From contig NZ_JMCB01000005.1 in the NCBI RefSeq assembly GCF_000737315.1, positions 310,001 through 374,000 on the forward strand: a DNA stretch of 64,000 nucleotides. Direction: 5' to 3'. The DNA is from Hyalangium minutum (GTDB lineage: Bacteria; Myxococcota; Myxococcia; Myxococcales; Myxococcaceae). Shown piece by piece: positions 40,107-50,259 of the stretch. The notes below the pieces were generated by a model. It ran no database searches. It had not been told where the DNA came from and was given only the letters and a program-made list of their open reading frames with translations. Position 1 is the stretch's first letter, and every line of letters begins with the position of its first letter. Both the position numbers and the translations under genes were made by a program.

Positions 40107-41081
40107 TCAGTCACATGCGGTCAGCTCGGTCTTCCAGCGGGTCCGGCAGATCTTCGTCAGGTTGTTTTGGGTATGGAAGATCGTGTGGTCCATGGACATC
40201 TCGCCGGCGCCGGCCGCGTTCCACTTCACCTCGTAGGTCGAGTAGGGCGAAGGCCGCTCGCCGGTGAAGGCGAAGCTGCCGCAGCCCGTCAGAGAGGGAC
40301 CGCCGGCAAGCCAGTTCTCTTCCTCGACGGATGCGGCGTTGTCGGCGAAGGCGAGGTGGCCGCGCTGATCGATCACGACCGCGAAAGGATCCGGAAACCA
40401 GCCGAGCACCGACGCACAGTGATTGCTGTCGCTCTCGACGAGCTGCCCCTTGCCGCCGAACGCGACCTTGAAGCAACGGGACGCGCCGCAGCCGGGCCAG
40501 TCGTTCGCGAAGGACAGGATCTTCTTCGCGGACTCCGGGTAACCGTCGACGGTCGCCTTCTGGGCCTGGGACTGCGGGTAGAGCCCGTAGGTGGCCTTGG
40601 AGCGAATGAAGTCCTGCCCGCGCTGCTCGAACCACGTGCCGTCGAGGACGGCCTGACTGCCGGTTGCCGCCCTCGGGTTGAAGGAGGCCGGTGTCGTCAA
40701 TTCGAAACGCGCGAACCCGGTCTCCGTGGGGATGAGGCACGTGCCCTCCGTGAGCTCGGCGCGCACCTGATTGCTCAACCCCTTGAACGTGCAGCCCACG
40801 GGACGGCCGTCGCTGGTTGTGCCCATCTGCCGCTGCAGCGTGACGGTGCCGCTGAGCGTCTGCGGATCTTCGTCGAAGTCGATGACCCAGCATGTCGTGC
40901 CCCGGTCGAGCCGCTGGTTGCCGTGACCCGGGTTCGTGGACTTCACCTGCTTGAGATCGATCAACTCGAAGCCGCAGTAGTACTGGGGCCACTCGGGGGG
41001 GACTTCCTCCTCCTGCTCGAGTCCGGAGAGCTCACAGCCGGAAAGAAGCGAAACGGCAGCGCAGAGCAGCAAGCGATTCAT
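40107..41081 (-). CDS. Cys-containing lipoprotein of unknown function
   Basis: MNRLLLCAAVSLLSGC lipobox; ATG overlaps the upstream stop (ATGA). Confidence 0.8.
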   Translation of the reverse strand: MNRLLLCAAVSLLSGCELSGLEQEEEVPPEWPQYYCGFELIDLKQVKSTNPGHGNQRLDRGTTCWVIDFDEDPQTLSGTVTLQRQMGTTSDGRPVGCTFKGLSNQVRAELTEGTCLIPTETGFARFELTTPASFNPRAATGSQAVLDGTWFEQRGQDFIRSKATYGLYPQSQAQKATVDGYPESAKKILSFANDWPGCGASRCFKVAFGGKGQLVESDSNHCASVLGWFPDPFAVVIDQRGHLAFADNAASVEEENWLAGGPSLTGCGSFAFTGERPSPYSTYEVKWNAAGAGEMSMDHTIFHTQNNLTKICRTRWKTELTACD

Positions 41082-43264
41082 GGGACCTTCCAGACGAAGA
41101 GGCGGCGAGTCACGATGAGAACGTTCCGCCCGCCGAGCCGCTCGAAGCGGATGACGTCGTTCGCGTCGGAGCTGACGAGGTGGGTCTGCAGGGTGACGGT
41201 CTGCGAGTCCGTGCCCCAGCGCCACAGCCGGCTGGCGAGCGCGTCTCCCAGCAGGCAGTTGCCGTCATTCGTCATCGCAGCGCTCTGGGCCGTCTTCAAC
41301 GCGCCTCCGCTCGCCTGCTCAAGCTGTACGCACTGCTCGCCGCCGCTCTGGAGATCCTTGCGGCAGGCCTGACCACCGGAGACGACGCACTGATAGCGGC
41401 CGCTCGGCGAGATCGACGCATCCTCGCCCTGTGTCGGCGCCACGCCGAAGACTTCCGTCTCCTGCGAGGGGTTCGCGTAGGGCACGCGGAAGAGGCGTGT
41501 GCCACGGCGGACGACGAGCGAGTCCTGCTCCATCGTCACCAGGGGGCCGGTGTTCCCGTCGTACCACACGATCATCCGGCGCTCCTGCAGATCGTAGATG
41601 CCGGTATGAATGTCCGCGCTCGTCCCCACCGACGCAATCCAGAGGTAGCGGCCCCCCGGCGCGAGGCGTGTTTGGTACGGGCTCTTGGAATCCATCGGCT
41701 GCTCGTCGTAGCGGATGCCGCCGTCGCTCTGCTCGAGATCGACCAGCGCGAGCCGTCCGTTCGTCGAGGCGACCGCGATGCGTTTTCCATCCGGCGAGAA
41801 CGCGAGCCGGTAGAAGCCCAGCTCGAACGTACTGTTGCCGCCCTTCTCGAAATCGAGGACGAAGTCGCGCGTGACGTCACCCTCGGTAAAGTTGGCGCCG
41901 AAGTAGTCCAGTGGCTTCCAGATCGGTGAGCCTTCCGCGACGTTGTACAGGAGCAGCCGCGGTGCGCCGTTGTAGCCGACGACCGCGAGCGTATTGCCGT
42001 CCGGCGAGAGCGCCCAGCCCATGAGGGTCGTGTTGTCGAACCGGCCGTTCCCGAGCTTCCGGCAGTCCGGCATCTTGTAGATCTCGATGCGCCGCGTATC
42101 GGGCGCATTGCCGACGACGAAGGTGCTCTCGTCATCGGAGAATCCCGTGCGGTGCAGCTTCGTATTGATGGTCGTGGTGCCGCAGACGGCGAATCGATCG
42201 TTCTGGGTGTCGTAGACGGAGTTGCCCACGCTGCAGCCGCTCGGGCCGAAGGCGACGTAGCGCCCCTTCGGTGAGACCTCGGTGTACCACTCAGGCACCA
42301 CGGTGGGAGGTGGAGTGCCGGTGCTCCCTCCGCTGAAGTTCAGCTCGCGCGCCCGGCCTGCGGGGGCAAACGCATCGACGAGGAGGCGCCTGTTCGTCTT
42401 GAGGTCCAAGGTTTGGATGGCGCAGCCGGCCGTGTTCTGTCCGTCGTTCCACGACCAGGCCGCGAGGAGCCCGGCGTTCGCGCTGATCGACCGGGTTTCG
42501 GCCGATCCGACAGGCTGGGTCACCGGAGCCTCGAAGAGGGCCCCTTGTCCGAGCCCATCGAACCAGGTCGTGTAGCGCGCCGTCGGAAGATCGAAGATGG
42601 CCGACCGGAAATTGTAGATGGGCACGAAGACGCGGCCGTCCTCGATGAAGCTCGCGTCGTCGCCCATCGTCACCCAGCCGCCTTCGATCGCCAGCGTGGT
42701 GCCGTGCCACTTCGTCAGTGTCCGATCCTTCGACGCCACGAAGAAGGACGCCCCGTCCTTCGACCAGAAGATACGCGTCGGTGCGCTGTGGTGATGCCCG
42801 AGCACGATCTCCGCCGGCACCGGGTTCGCCTGTCCCGAGGCCGGCAGCCCGATTTCAATGTCCCCTTCGGCGAAGTAGTCCGGCAGGCTCTTGAGCCCCG
42901 CGCGGATCTTGAACTTGCCGTGCTTCGCACGCGCGCAGAAATCGACCTGCGAGAAGGTCTCGTACGTGTCCAGCGTCGCGTTCCCGCTGGAGTAGGACAT
43001 GTCCTCGAAATCGATCAGTGTCGCGTCGGCCGACCAGACGATGTCGTCCTGATCGATCTTCCGATCCGCGACCATGCGGAGCGTGGCGCGGCCACAGGTG
43101 TACGGGCGCACCTGGTACGACCTCTGCAACATCCCGAACGCCTCGAACTTCGGAATGGCCGTCGGTTCAGGCGGCGTCTCTGTCTTCTCAAAGAGACCGC
43201 ACGCCGATAGCAGCGTCAACACTGGCGCCAGCCACAGGCCGCTCCTACTGCTTCGAAGGTGCAT
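41078..43264 (-). CDS. Lipoprotein with Ig-like N-terminal part and WD40-like beta-propeller
   Basis: Lipobox LLSAC; blades FWSKDG, EVSPKG, FSDDE, LSPDG, FSPDG, ISPSG. Start inferred inside ORF 41078..43651. Confidence 0.8.
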   Translation of the reverse strand: MHLRSSRSGLWLAPVLTLLSACGLFEKTETPPEPTAIPKFEAFGMLQRSYQVRPYTCGRATLRMVADRKIDQDDIVWSADATLIDFEDMSYSSGNATLDTYETFSQVDFCARAKHGKFKIRAGLKSLPDYFAEGDIEIGLPASGQANPVPAEIVLGHHHSAPTRIFWSKDGASFFVASKDRTLTKWHGTTLAIEGGWVTMGDDASFIEDGRVFVPIYNFRSAIFDLPTARYTTWFDGLGQGALFEAPVTQPVGSAETRSISANAGLLAAWSWNDGQNTAGCAIQTLDLKTNRRLLVDAFAPAGRARELNFSGGSTGTPPPTVVPEWYTEVSPKGRYVAFGPSGCSVGNSVYDTQNDRFAVCGTTTINTKLHRTGFSDDESTFVVGNAPDTRRIEIYKMPDCRKLGNGRFDNTTLMGWALSPDGNTLAVVGYNGAPRLLLYNVAEGSPIWKPLDYFGANFTEGDVTRDFVLDFEKGGNSTFELGFYRLAFSPDGKRIAVASTNGRLALVDLEQSDGGIRYDEQPMDSKSPYQTRLAPGGRYLWIASVGTSADIHTGIYDLQERRMIVWYDGNTGPLVTMEQDSLVVRRGTRLFRVPYANPSQETEVFGVAPTQGEDASISPSGRYQCVVSGGQACRKDLQSGGEQCVQLEQASGGALKTAQSAAMTNDGNCLLGDALASRLWRWGTDSQTVTLQTHLVSSDANDVIRFERLGGRNVLIVTRRLFVWKVP

Positions 43265-43326
43265 CGTCGGTCCCCTCCCGGGAGCTACCGCTGCGGCACT
43301 GTGGCCGCCAGACCGGCGCCATACTA

Positions 43327-44016
43327 TCAGTGCGGGTGCTGGACGCCGATCTGGCGGCACATGGAGAGCACGGGGCACGTGGAGCACTTGGGCCGCGTCC
43401 CCGTGCAGACGTGCTTGCCGAACGGCACGAGTAACCGGTTGAGCTCCACCCAGTAGGCCCGGGGGAGCCGGGCCTCCAGCGCGGCCAGGGTCTGCTCGGG
43501 CGTACGGGCTTGTACATAGCCCCACCGGTTCGTGACGCGGTGCACGTGGATGTCCACGCTGATGGCCTCGTGGCCGCACGCGATGCCCAGCGCGAGGTGG
43601 GCGCACTTGGGGCCCACGCCCTTGAAGGACTGGAGCACTTGGGCATCGCACGGGAGCTTCCCGTGGAACTCCTCCACCGTGCGAACGGCGATGGCGTGGA
43701 TCTGCCGGGCCTTGGGCTCCGGGAACGTCACCGGGCGGATGAGGGCTTCTATTTCCTCCGGCTTGAGCCGGCTCATGGCCTCCGGGGTACTTGCGCGCCG
43801 CAGCAGGGTCAGGGAGGTGGGCAGGCTCACCTCGTCTCTCGTCCGGATGGAGAGGATGCAGGCGACCAGTTGTTCGAACAGCGTCTCATGGCCCTGGGCC
43901 GCCAGCGCAAACATCGCCGCGTCCGCGAAGCTTCGGACTGTCTCCCGGATGCGCCTCAGCACCGTGTCGATGTCGAAGGGCTCCTTCTCTGCCTCCACGC
44001 TCCCGGTTGAAGCCAT
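43327..44016 (-). CDS. nth: Endonuclease III (HhH-GPD, 4Fe-4S)
   Basis: LQSFKGVGPKCA (HhH), VDIHVHRV, CTGTRPKCSTCPVLSMC. Confidence 0.93.
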   Translation of the reverse strand: MASTGSVEAEKEPFDIDTVLRRIRETVRSFADAAMFALAAQGHETLFEQLVACILSIRTRDEVSLPTSLTLLRRASTPEAMSRLKPEEIEALIRPVTFPEPKARQIHAIAVRTVEEFHGKLPCDAQVLQSFKGVGPKCAHLALGIACGHEAISVDIHVHRVTNRWGYVQARTPEQTLAALEARLPRAYWVELNRLLVPFGKHVCTGTRPKCSTCPVLSMCRQIGVQHPH

Positions 44017-44146
44017 GCGACCTCCCTCACCCAATCTAAGGAGTGAGGTGGGAGAGAGGCAACCTGGCACGTTCACTCGTTACCCACGACGGAAGGAGGG
44101 CCGCTGCGCTAGGGTGCGGCGGGAGCGTTCCACAGGAGGGGACATC

Positions 44147-44569
44147 ATGAGGGTGACGTTGCTGTGCGCGGTGATGCTGTTCGGGTGCTCGGCCAAGCAG
44201 TCAGCGCCGCAGTTCTCGCTGTGCGAGCAGAGCCCCGCGAAGGACTGTGAGGCGACGAAGACCTCGTTCAACACGGACACGCCCGAGTTGCTCGCCGTGG
44301 GCCGGTTCCCCACGGTGCCCAAGCCTGGGAGCAAGATCACGACGAAGTGGATCGCGGTGGACGTGGGCAAGGCCGCACCGCCCAATACGCTGATCGATCA
44401 GAGCGTGGTCGAGGTGGCCGCGCAGAATGAGCCTCTGTCGAGCGGCTCCTATTACACGGTGCGTGGCACGCTCTCACGGCCCAACAAGGGCTGGCCTCCG
44501 GGCAGCTACAAGGCGGAGTGGGCCATGGACGGCCAGCCGCTGGGCACGACCGAGTTCCAGATTCGCTGA
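44147..44569 (+). CDS. Small Ig-fold-like lipoprotein
   Basis: MRVTLLCAVMLFGC lipobox after GGAGG; GWPPGSYKAEW C-terminal strand. Confidence 0.75.
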   Translation: MRVTLLCAVMLFGCSAKQSAPQFSLCEQSPAKDCEATKTSFNTDTPELLAVGRFPTVPKPGSKITTKWIAVDVGKAAPPNTLIDQSVVEVAAQNEPLSSGSYYTVRGTLSRPNKGWPPGSYKAEWAMDGQPLGTTEFQIR

Positions 44570-44589
44570 GGCGCTCGGGCCCCGGCTCC

Positions 44590-45249
44590 TCACATGAGTG
44601 TGCTCAGGACGTTGGTCACCCACTTCCGCGCCCCATGGTAGTCATTGAGCAGGTGGGTGAAGCGTCCAGCGCGCATCAGCGCGACGAGGGGGCTGTCCTC
44701 AGCCACCTGCTGGGCCATCTCCCAGGGGAAGGTGATCTCGGGAGTGCCGGTCTCCAAGTACTCGGGGTCCACCGCCATGCGCTCAAGGTAGCGCGAGTAG
44801 AGCGCGAAGAACCGGTCCAGGTTGGAAGCAATGGGGATGCCGTAGACCTCCGCTGGGTAGTAGGCGATGTAGACGATGGGCTGGAGCCCAGTGGAGTCCG
44901 CCAACTCAGGCACCGTGCCGAAGTAATAGGAGAACCCCGTCTCTTTGGCGAACAGGTGTGTGGAGCGAAAGGGCTCTTCACCGTCACGCTTGAAGTACTC
45001 GTTCTCCTGAATGAAGCCGTGGGGTTCGGCATCGAGGCGGAACACGGAGAACGGTCCCAGCGAGGCGTCCGCCGTGCGCTGGTAGAGCGCGGCAAGCATT
45101 GGGTCCAAGGGCTGAGCCAAGAGCAACTCTCCAGCCTTGGGGGCCGTGGGCAGGGGAGGTGACAGTTCCAGCGGCAGGCCATGGTGGCGGCATGTCTTGA
45201 TGAGGAGGTCCAGGCCGGGCAGTGAAGGCATGGCGGGCATTGAGGTCAT
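44590..45249 (-). CDS. SMI1/KNR4 (SUKH)-like immunity protein
   Basis: PLDPMLAALY, VPELAD..GLQPIVYI, PIASNLDRFFALYSRYL; starts 7 nt after the toxin stop. Confidence 0.75.
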   Translation of the reverse strand: MTSMPAMPSLPGLDLLIKTCRHHGLPLELSPPLPTAPKAGELLLAQPLDPMLAALYQRTADASLGPFSVFRLDAEPHGFIQENEYFKRDGEEPFRSTHLFAKETGFSYYFGTVPELADSTGLQPIVYIAYYPAEVYGIPIASNLDRFFALYSRYLERMAVDPEYLETGTPEITFPWEMAQQVAEDSPLVALMRAGRFTHLLNDYHGARKWVTNVLSTLM

Positions 45250-45256
45250 CCCTGGT

Positions 45257-46987
45257 TCAACGGGTGAGCGTGGCCAAGAATTCAGCCGCTTCCGCAAGCG
45301 CAGCCTGCTCAGCACGAGCCAACGTGGGCGCAGAACTCGGGTCGTACATCTGGTGGAACCAGCGGCGATAGTGGCGGTGGACGATGTCCATCATGCGAGT
45401 CACATCCCTGGCGGTCATTTTCTCGGCAACCGGTCTTGCGAGACTCCACACCTTGCCGATGCTCCTGTGTACATCCCTGTACAGCCCAATGAGGTTGGCG
45501 CCACCATTGATGTCCAGCTTGGGGAAGAGATGGGCGTACTCCAGAGGGCAAGTATGGTGGATGTCGTAGGCCTGTAACCGAACCGTTCCCAAGGCTTTGG
45601 CGAGCTCAGGACGATGCAGCTCGAAATACTCGGTGCGGGCCCATACACGAAGTTGCTTCTTTGCTTGGTCATCCAGGCTTGTTCGCAGCAGGCCTTCCAA
45701 CCGGCCCATCAGGCCTCGGAGTTGGGTCTTCTCCGCTTCGCTCAGGGCCTTCAGGCCTTGCGTCTCTGCTTTCAGCCAGAGCTGTTGGAGTGCCTGCCGT
45801 TCCGCGGCGGGCATGCGAACCAGGAGATTTCGAAACCAACGAACCGCTCCATGCCCTCCGCGGGCCAGAAGGGATGTGACGGTAGGTGCTGCTGCCTCGA
45901 AGAGGATGAGCGCCCGCTTGAGGATGAAGCCCCCCACGAGCATCGTAGCGACCTGTTCGATTGAGAAGCCGGCCAGGAACACCACGCCGTCCCGCATCTC
46001 CTCTCGGGACTCACGGAGGATGCGCTCGTGCATGGCCAGGTACTCACGCCGGAAGTCTTCCAGCTCGCGCGGCGGCGGAGGCGGCTCCAGCGTTCGGGCC
46101 TCCGTCGCTTCCCAGCGTGGCAGGGGCGCGCCGGGTGAATGACGCCCATGGAGGATCAGCACGACCTCTCGTTCACCCAGACCCTTCAAGAAGGGGCGCA
46201 GTGCATGGGTGACGAGTGTCACCTCGGCTTCAGAGGCGGGCATGTCGGTCCCGCTCCCGGAAGCATCCCGTCGGGAGAGCTCCCAGCTGGATATCCGGTC
46301 ATCTTCCAGTGTGAGCCGTACCTCCAGCCGGGTGGTACCGTTTCTGGGGAGGGCCATCAGGCGTTGCAAGCCTCGTGCGGTGGTGAGCACCTGAGCGTAG
46401 CTGGCCCTGGAGGTGCCCTCTTGCGAGGATGGCAGTGTACGGGCGTGCCAGGGCGCCTCAGTTCGTGCGGAGAGGTCCAGGTCCAGAGTCCAACGTGCCT
46501 CCTCCCGCTCCAGAGAGAGCGTGACCTGTCGTGCCTCAGTCCCCAACAGCGTGGTGAGATGGTGCTCCAACCCTGCCAGGAAGGCACTTCGATCCACCGG
46601 CGCGGCTCTTCCTCCTCCCTCCTTCACGCGGTGGAAGGACAAGAGCGTCAGGGCACCGCCATCCACCCAGTAGCGGAATTCCCAGTGGGCCCCAGGTGCA
46701 TCCGAGTGGCTGGTGACTGTCCACATCTCGTTCAACGCTCTTTGAATCTCAGCACGTGTGGCCTCGGCACGTTCACTCTCGCGCAGGGGAGGGAAGGGCA
46801 CGTCGCGCGCGAACCGAACATCCTCTTCTTCGGAGTGAGAGAAAGAGTGGGCTTCAAGCCGGAGTTCGCCGCCCGCCCACCCTGTGGCGGAGTGCGTCGT
46901 GGCACAGGCCGACAGCAGGGAGACGGCCAGCAGTATGAGGGCCAAGAAGCCGTGCTGAGTGAGCCAGCCATGGGACCATGAGTGCAT
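45257..46987 (-). CDS. Lipoprotein polymorphic toxin (SitA-like) with C-terminal His-rich nuclease-like domain
   Basis: Lipobox LLSAC; C-terminal YDIHHTCPLEYAHLFP..INGGANL..L.RDVHRSI; followed by an immunity-like gene. Confidence 0.72.
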   Translation of the reverse strand: MHSWSHGWLTQHGFLALILLAVSLLSACATTHSATGWAGGELRLEAHSFSHSEEEDVRFARDVPFPPLRESERAEATRAEIQRALNEMWTVTSHSDAPGAHWEFRYWVDGGALTLLSFHRVKEGGGRAAPVDRSAFLAGLEHHLTTLLGTEARQVTLSLEREEARWTLDLDLSARTEAPWHARTLPSSQEGTSRASYAQVLTTARGLQRLMALPRNGTTRLEVRLTLEDDRISSWELSRRDASGSGTDMPASEAEVTLVTHALRPFLKGLGEREVVLILHGRHSPGAPLPRWEATEARTLEPPPPPRELEDFRREYLAMHERILRESREEMRDGVVFLAGFSIEQVATMLVGGFILKRALILFEAAAPTVTSLLARGGHGAVRWFRNLLVRMPAAERQALQQLWLKAETQGLKALSEAEKTQLRGLMGRLEGLLRTSLDDQAKKQLRVWARTEYFELHRPELAKALGTVRLQAYDIHHTCPLEYAHLFPKLDINGGANLIGLYRDVHRSIGKVWSLARPVAEKMTARDVTRMMDIVHRHYRRWFHQMYDPSSAPTLARAEQAALAEAAEFLATLTR

Positions 46988-47133
46988 CCCATGACTTCAT
47001 CCACGGGCATCCCGGCTGACAAGAATCCAGCAGGAGGGTTCGAGATCACGTCCCAGGAAGAGCGAGCTGAAGTCCGCCTCACCGCCCAGCGTGGTGCTGT
47101 GGATGTCGATGACCTTCGCGTTCGGTTTGTTTC

Positions 47134-47646
47134 TCACTTCGTGGGGGGCGAAGGGCGGCTCAGGTCCAGCGTGTAGAAGCGGTTGCACCCAAAGTGCCCC
47201 GTGTTGCCCATGGCCTGGGGAATGCGCCCGAAGCCCAGCCGCTCGTACAGCTTCTGCGCCTGGTCCATGCCGGTGAGCGTCTCCAGGTAGCAGAGCCGGT
47301 AGCCCGCCTCCCGGGCGAAGTCGAGGCACCGCCGCAGCAGCCGCTCGCCTACCCCACGGCCGCGCACCTCCTTCAGGAAGTACATCTTTCGCAGCTCGCA
47401 CACGGACGGGTCTCCGCCCGCCAGCGGCGCGATGCCCGCGCCTCCCAGCACCCGGCCTTCCTGCTCCACGACGAAGTAGGCGTGCCGAGGCCGTGAGTAC
47501 GCGGTGCTCATCGTGTCCACCTCCGTGTCGTGGATGGCGAAGCCCGGGCCGCTGGCCCCGAACTCCGGCATTACGGTCCGGATGATGGAAGCTACGGCAG
47601 TGTCGTCCTTGGGCTCGATGGGGCGCAGGGTCCAGTCGTTGCTCAT
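47134..47646 (-). CDS. GNAT family N-acetyltransferase
   Basis: CELRKMYFLKEVRGRGVG, CYLETLTGMDQAQKLYERLGF. Confidence 0.93.
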   Translation of the reverse strand: MSNDWTLRPIEPKDDTAVASIIRTVMPEFGASGPGFAIHDTEVDTMSTAYSRPRHAYFVVEQEGRVLGGAGIAPLAGGDPSVCELRKMYFLKEVRGRGVGERLLRRCLDFAREAGYRLCYLETLTGMDQAQKLYERLGFGRIPQAMGNTGHFGCNRFYTLDLSRPSPPTK

Positions 47647-47781
47647 GCGCCGAACCGTTCCACAGCGCCTGGTCGATGGCCAGGGGGGCTTTTCGGGTAG
47701 TCAACGCTCCACCGAGGGGGGTGGATTCGGACGCGGCAAGCCCCTATACACCCCAGCGGAACCCCTCAGGAGTCCCGGCAC

Positions 47782-48846
47782 ATGGCCAACAAGGTGAAGG
47801 CAGTCCTCATCGGTGGTACCGGCTACGGCGGCGCGGAGATCCTCCGCCGTCTCCTCTTCCACCCGAACGTCGAGGTCATCCGCATCACGTCGGTGGACAA
47901 CATCGGCAAGAAGGTGGGCGACGTCCATCTCAACCTCGCGGGCCTGTCGGACTTGACCTTCCAGCAGCTCGCGCCCTCCGAGGCCGTGGCCGGCGCGGAC
48001 GTCACCTTCCTGGCCATGCCCCACAAGACGACGGCCCAGGTGGTGATGGAGATCCTCTCCTCGGGCACGCGCATCGTGGACCTGTCCGGCGACTTCCGCC
48101 TGCGCGACCCGGCCGCTTATGCGAAGTACTACGGTGTGCCCCATCCGGCGCCTCAGCACCTCACGGACGGCACCTTCGTCTACGGCATGCCGGAGCTCAA
48201 CCGCGAGGCCATCCGCAAGGCGCGCTACGTCGCCAGCCCCGGCTGCTTCGCCACCACCATTGCCCTGGGCGTGATGCCGTTGGCCAAGGGCGGCAAGCTG
48301 AGCGGGGCCATCCACACCGTGGCGGCCACGGGCTCGTCCGGCAGCGGCGCCAACCCGCAGATCACCACCCACCACCCGCTGCGCGCCAGCAACCTGCGCA
48401 CCTACAAGCCGCTCGAGCACCAGCACATCCCGGAGATTCTCCAGACGCTCCGCAACGCGGGCGCCGCGCAGGACCTGTCGCTGGAGTTCGTCCCCGTGTC
48501 CGCGCCCCTGCCGCGCGGCATCTTCGCCACCTCGTTCGTGGACGTGCCCGCCTCCACCACCCAGGAGGAGCTAGACGCGCTCTGGAAGCAGACGTACGGC
48601 AAGGAGCCCTTCATCCGCATCATCGGTGGCGGGCGGCAGCCCGAGGTGGTGGGCGTCTCCGGAAGCAACTACGTGGAGGTTGGCTTCACGCTGGGGCCTG
48701 TGACGGGTGATACCCGCCGCGTGGTCTGCTTCTCCACCCTGGACAACCTCGTCAAGGGCGGCGCCGGCCAAGCCATCCAGAGCTTCAACGTCATGATGGG
48801 CTTCGACGAGCGCACCACGCTGGCCGAGCCGGGGCTGTGGCCGTGA
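47782..48846 (+). CDS. argC: N-acetyl-gamma-glutamyl-phosphate reductase
   Basis: IGGTGYGG, IVDLSGDFRL, YGMPE, ASPGCFAT, LDNLVKGGAGQAIQ. Confidence 0.93.
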   Translation: MANKVKAVLIGGTGYGGAEILRRLLFHPNVEVIRITSVDNIGKKVGDVHLNLAGLSDLTFQQLAPSEAVAGADVTFLAMPHKTTAQVVMEILSSGTRIVDLSGDFRLRDPAAYAKYYGVPHPAPQHLTDGTFVYGMPELNREAIRKARYVASPGCFATTIALGVMPLAKGGKLSGAIHTVAATGSSGSGANPQITTHHPLRASNLRTYKPLEHQHIPEILQTLRNAGAAQDLSLEFVPVSAPLPRGIFATSFVDVPASTTQEELDALWKQTYGKEPFIRIIGGGRQPEVVGVSGSNYVEVGFTLGPVTGDTRRVVCFSTLDNLVKGGAGQAIQSFNVMMGFDERTTLAEPGLWP

Positions 48847-49691
48847 GCGGGCTCTCGGACTTCAAGGGCCGCTGGTTCGTGGTGAAGATCGGCGGCGAGC
48901 TGGCCTCGGACAAGCCCAAGCTGGCTGCCAGCGTGGGCGCCGCCGTGCGCGCGTTCCTGGACGCGGGCGTGCGCGTCGCGGTCATCCACGGCGGTGGGCC
49001 CCAGGCCACCGAGCTCACCCAGAAGCTGGGCCTCACCCCGAAGATGGTGGGTGGGCGCCGCGTCACCGACGAGGCCACCCTCGAGGTCATGAAGATGACG
49101 CTCGCGGGCCAGGTCTCCGTGGATGTGGCCGCCGCGTTTCGCATCGCCGGTGTGCCCGCGGTGTGCACCACGGGCGTCTCCGCGGGGCTCGTCAATGCGC
49201 GCAAGCGGCCCGCCAAGGTCATCACCGGCGCGGGGCCGGATCCGATCGACCTGGGGCTCGTGGGCGATGTCTCCGAGGTGAACACCGCGCTCTTCGAGAA
49301 GCTGTCGGAGGCGGGCGTGGTGCCGGTGCTCGGCTCGCTGTCCGGGGATGCGCAGGGCAACGTGTTCAACATCAACGCGGACACGGTGGCCACGCGCGTG
49401 GCCGCGAAGCTCAAGGCCGCCAAGCTGTTCCTGGTGTCCAACGTGCCAGGCGTGCTCGCCAACAAGGATGACCCGTCCACCCGGCTGCCCACGCTCACTC
49501 CCGCCGAGGCCAAGGAAAAGATTGCCTCCGGCGTGATTCAGGGCGGGATGATTCCGAAGGTCGAGGAGAGCCTCGCGATGCTGGAGGAGGGCATCGAGGC
49601 CATCCACATCGTCGGCATCTCTCCGGTCAACGCACTGCTGGGCGAGGCCGAGAAGGCCGGCAGCTTCGGCACCGCGTTCCTGCGCGGCTGA
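48843..49691 (+). CDS. argB: Acetylglutamate kinase
   Basis: VVKIGG, IHGGGPQ, GRRVTD, NINADTVA, GGMIPKV; GTGA overlap with argC. Confidence 0.93.
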   Translation: MSGLSDFKGRWFVVKIGGELASDKPKLAASVGAAVRAFLDAGVRVAVIHGGGPQATELTQKLGLTPKMVGGRRVTDEATLEVMKMTLAGQVSVDVAAAFRIAGVPAVCTTGVSAGLVNARKRPAKVITGAGPDPIDLGLVGDVSEVNTALFEKLSEAGVVPVLGSLSGDAQGNVFNINADTVATRVAAKLKAAKLFLVSNVPGVLANKDDPSTRLPTLTPAEAKEKIASGVIQGGMIPKVEESLAMLEEGIEAIHIVGISPVNALLGEAEKAGSFGTAFLRG

Positions 49692-49755
49692 CGGCGGGGC
49701 GCACCGGCGGCGTGCAAGGTGCGCTCGGGGCGCGTTCGTGGTCTGATCACCCCGG

Positions 49756-50259
49756 ATGCGCGGCTATACCCTCATGGAGCTGATGGTCACCGTGGCGCTG
49801 CTCGCCCTGATGAGCGCCATGACCGCCGTCGGGCTGCAGCCGCTCCAGGCCCGCTACCGGCTGCGCAAGGCCACGGATGCTACGGCCTCGCTCCTGGTCC
49901 GCACCCGCCAGCGCGCCATCGAGACGGGCCGTTGCCATCAGATCGAGGTCCTCGCGGGCGGCGTTCCCGTCACGGGCCTTCCCGGTGACGTCTTGCGCGT
50001 CAGCCGCCGACGGGATGTGGACTGCGAGTCCCCCGCGGATCCGCTCGCCTTCGTCGAGGTGGAGCGCCTCACCCTTCCCGAGCGCATGACGGTGCGCCAG
50101 GAGGGCTCGAAGGCCCTGGTCTTCCGCGCCAATGGACGGATCTGGGACAACGAGCCCCGGCGCTTCCAAGTGGGCCGTGAGACAGCTCTGCGTGTCATCG
50201 TCGCAGTGCCCCAGGGGCCCGTGTGCACGCTCGAGAATGAGGCGGAGGGCTGTCCGTGA
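49756..50259 (+). CDS. Type IV minor pilin, FimU/GspH-like
   Basis: Prepilin motif RGYTLMELMVTVAL. Confidence 0.82.
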   Translation: MRGYTLMELMVTVALLALMSAMTAVGLQPLQARYRLRKATDATASLLVRTRQRAIETGRCHQIEVLAGGVPVTGLPGDVLRVSRRRDVDCESPADPLAFVEVERLTLPERMTVRQEGSKALVFRANGRIWDNEPRRFQVGRETALRVIVAVPQGPVCTLENEAEGCP

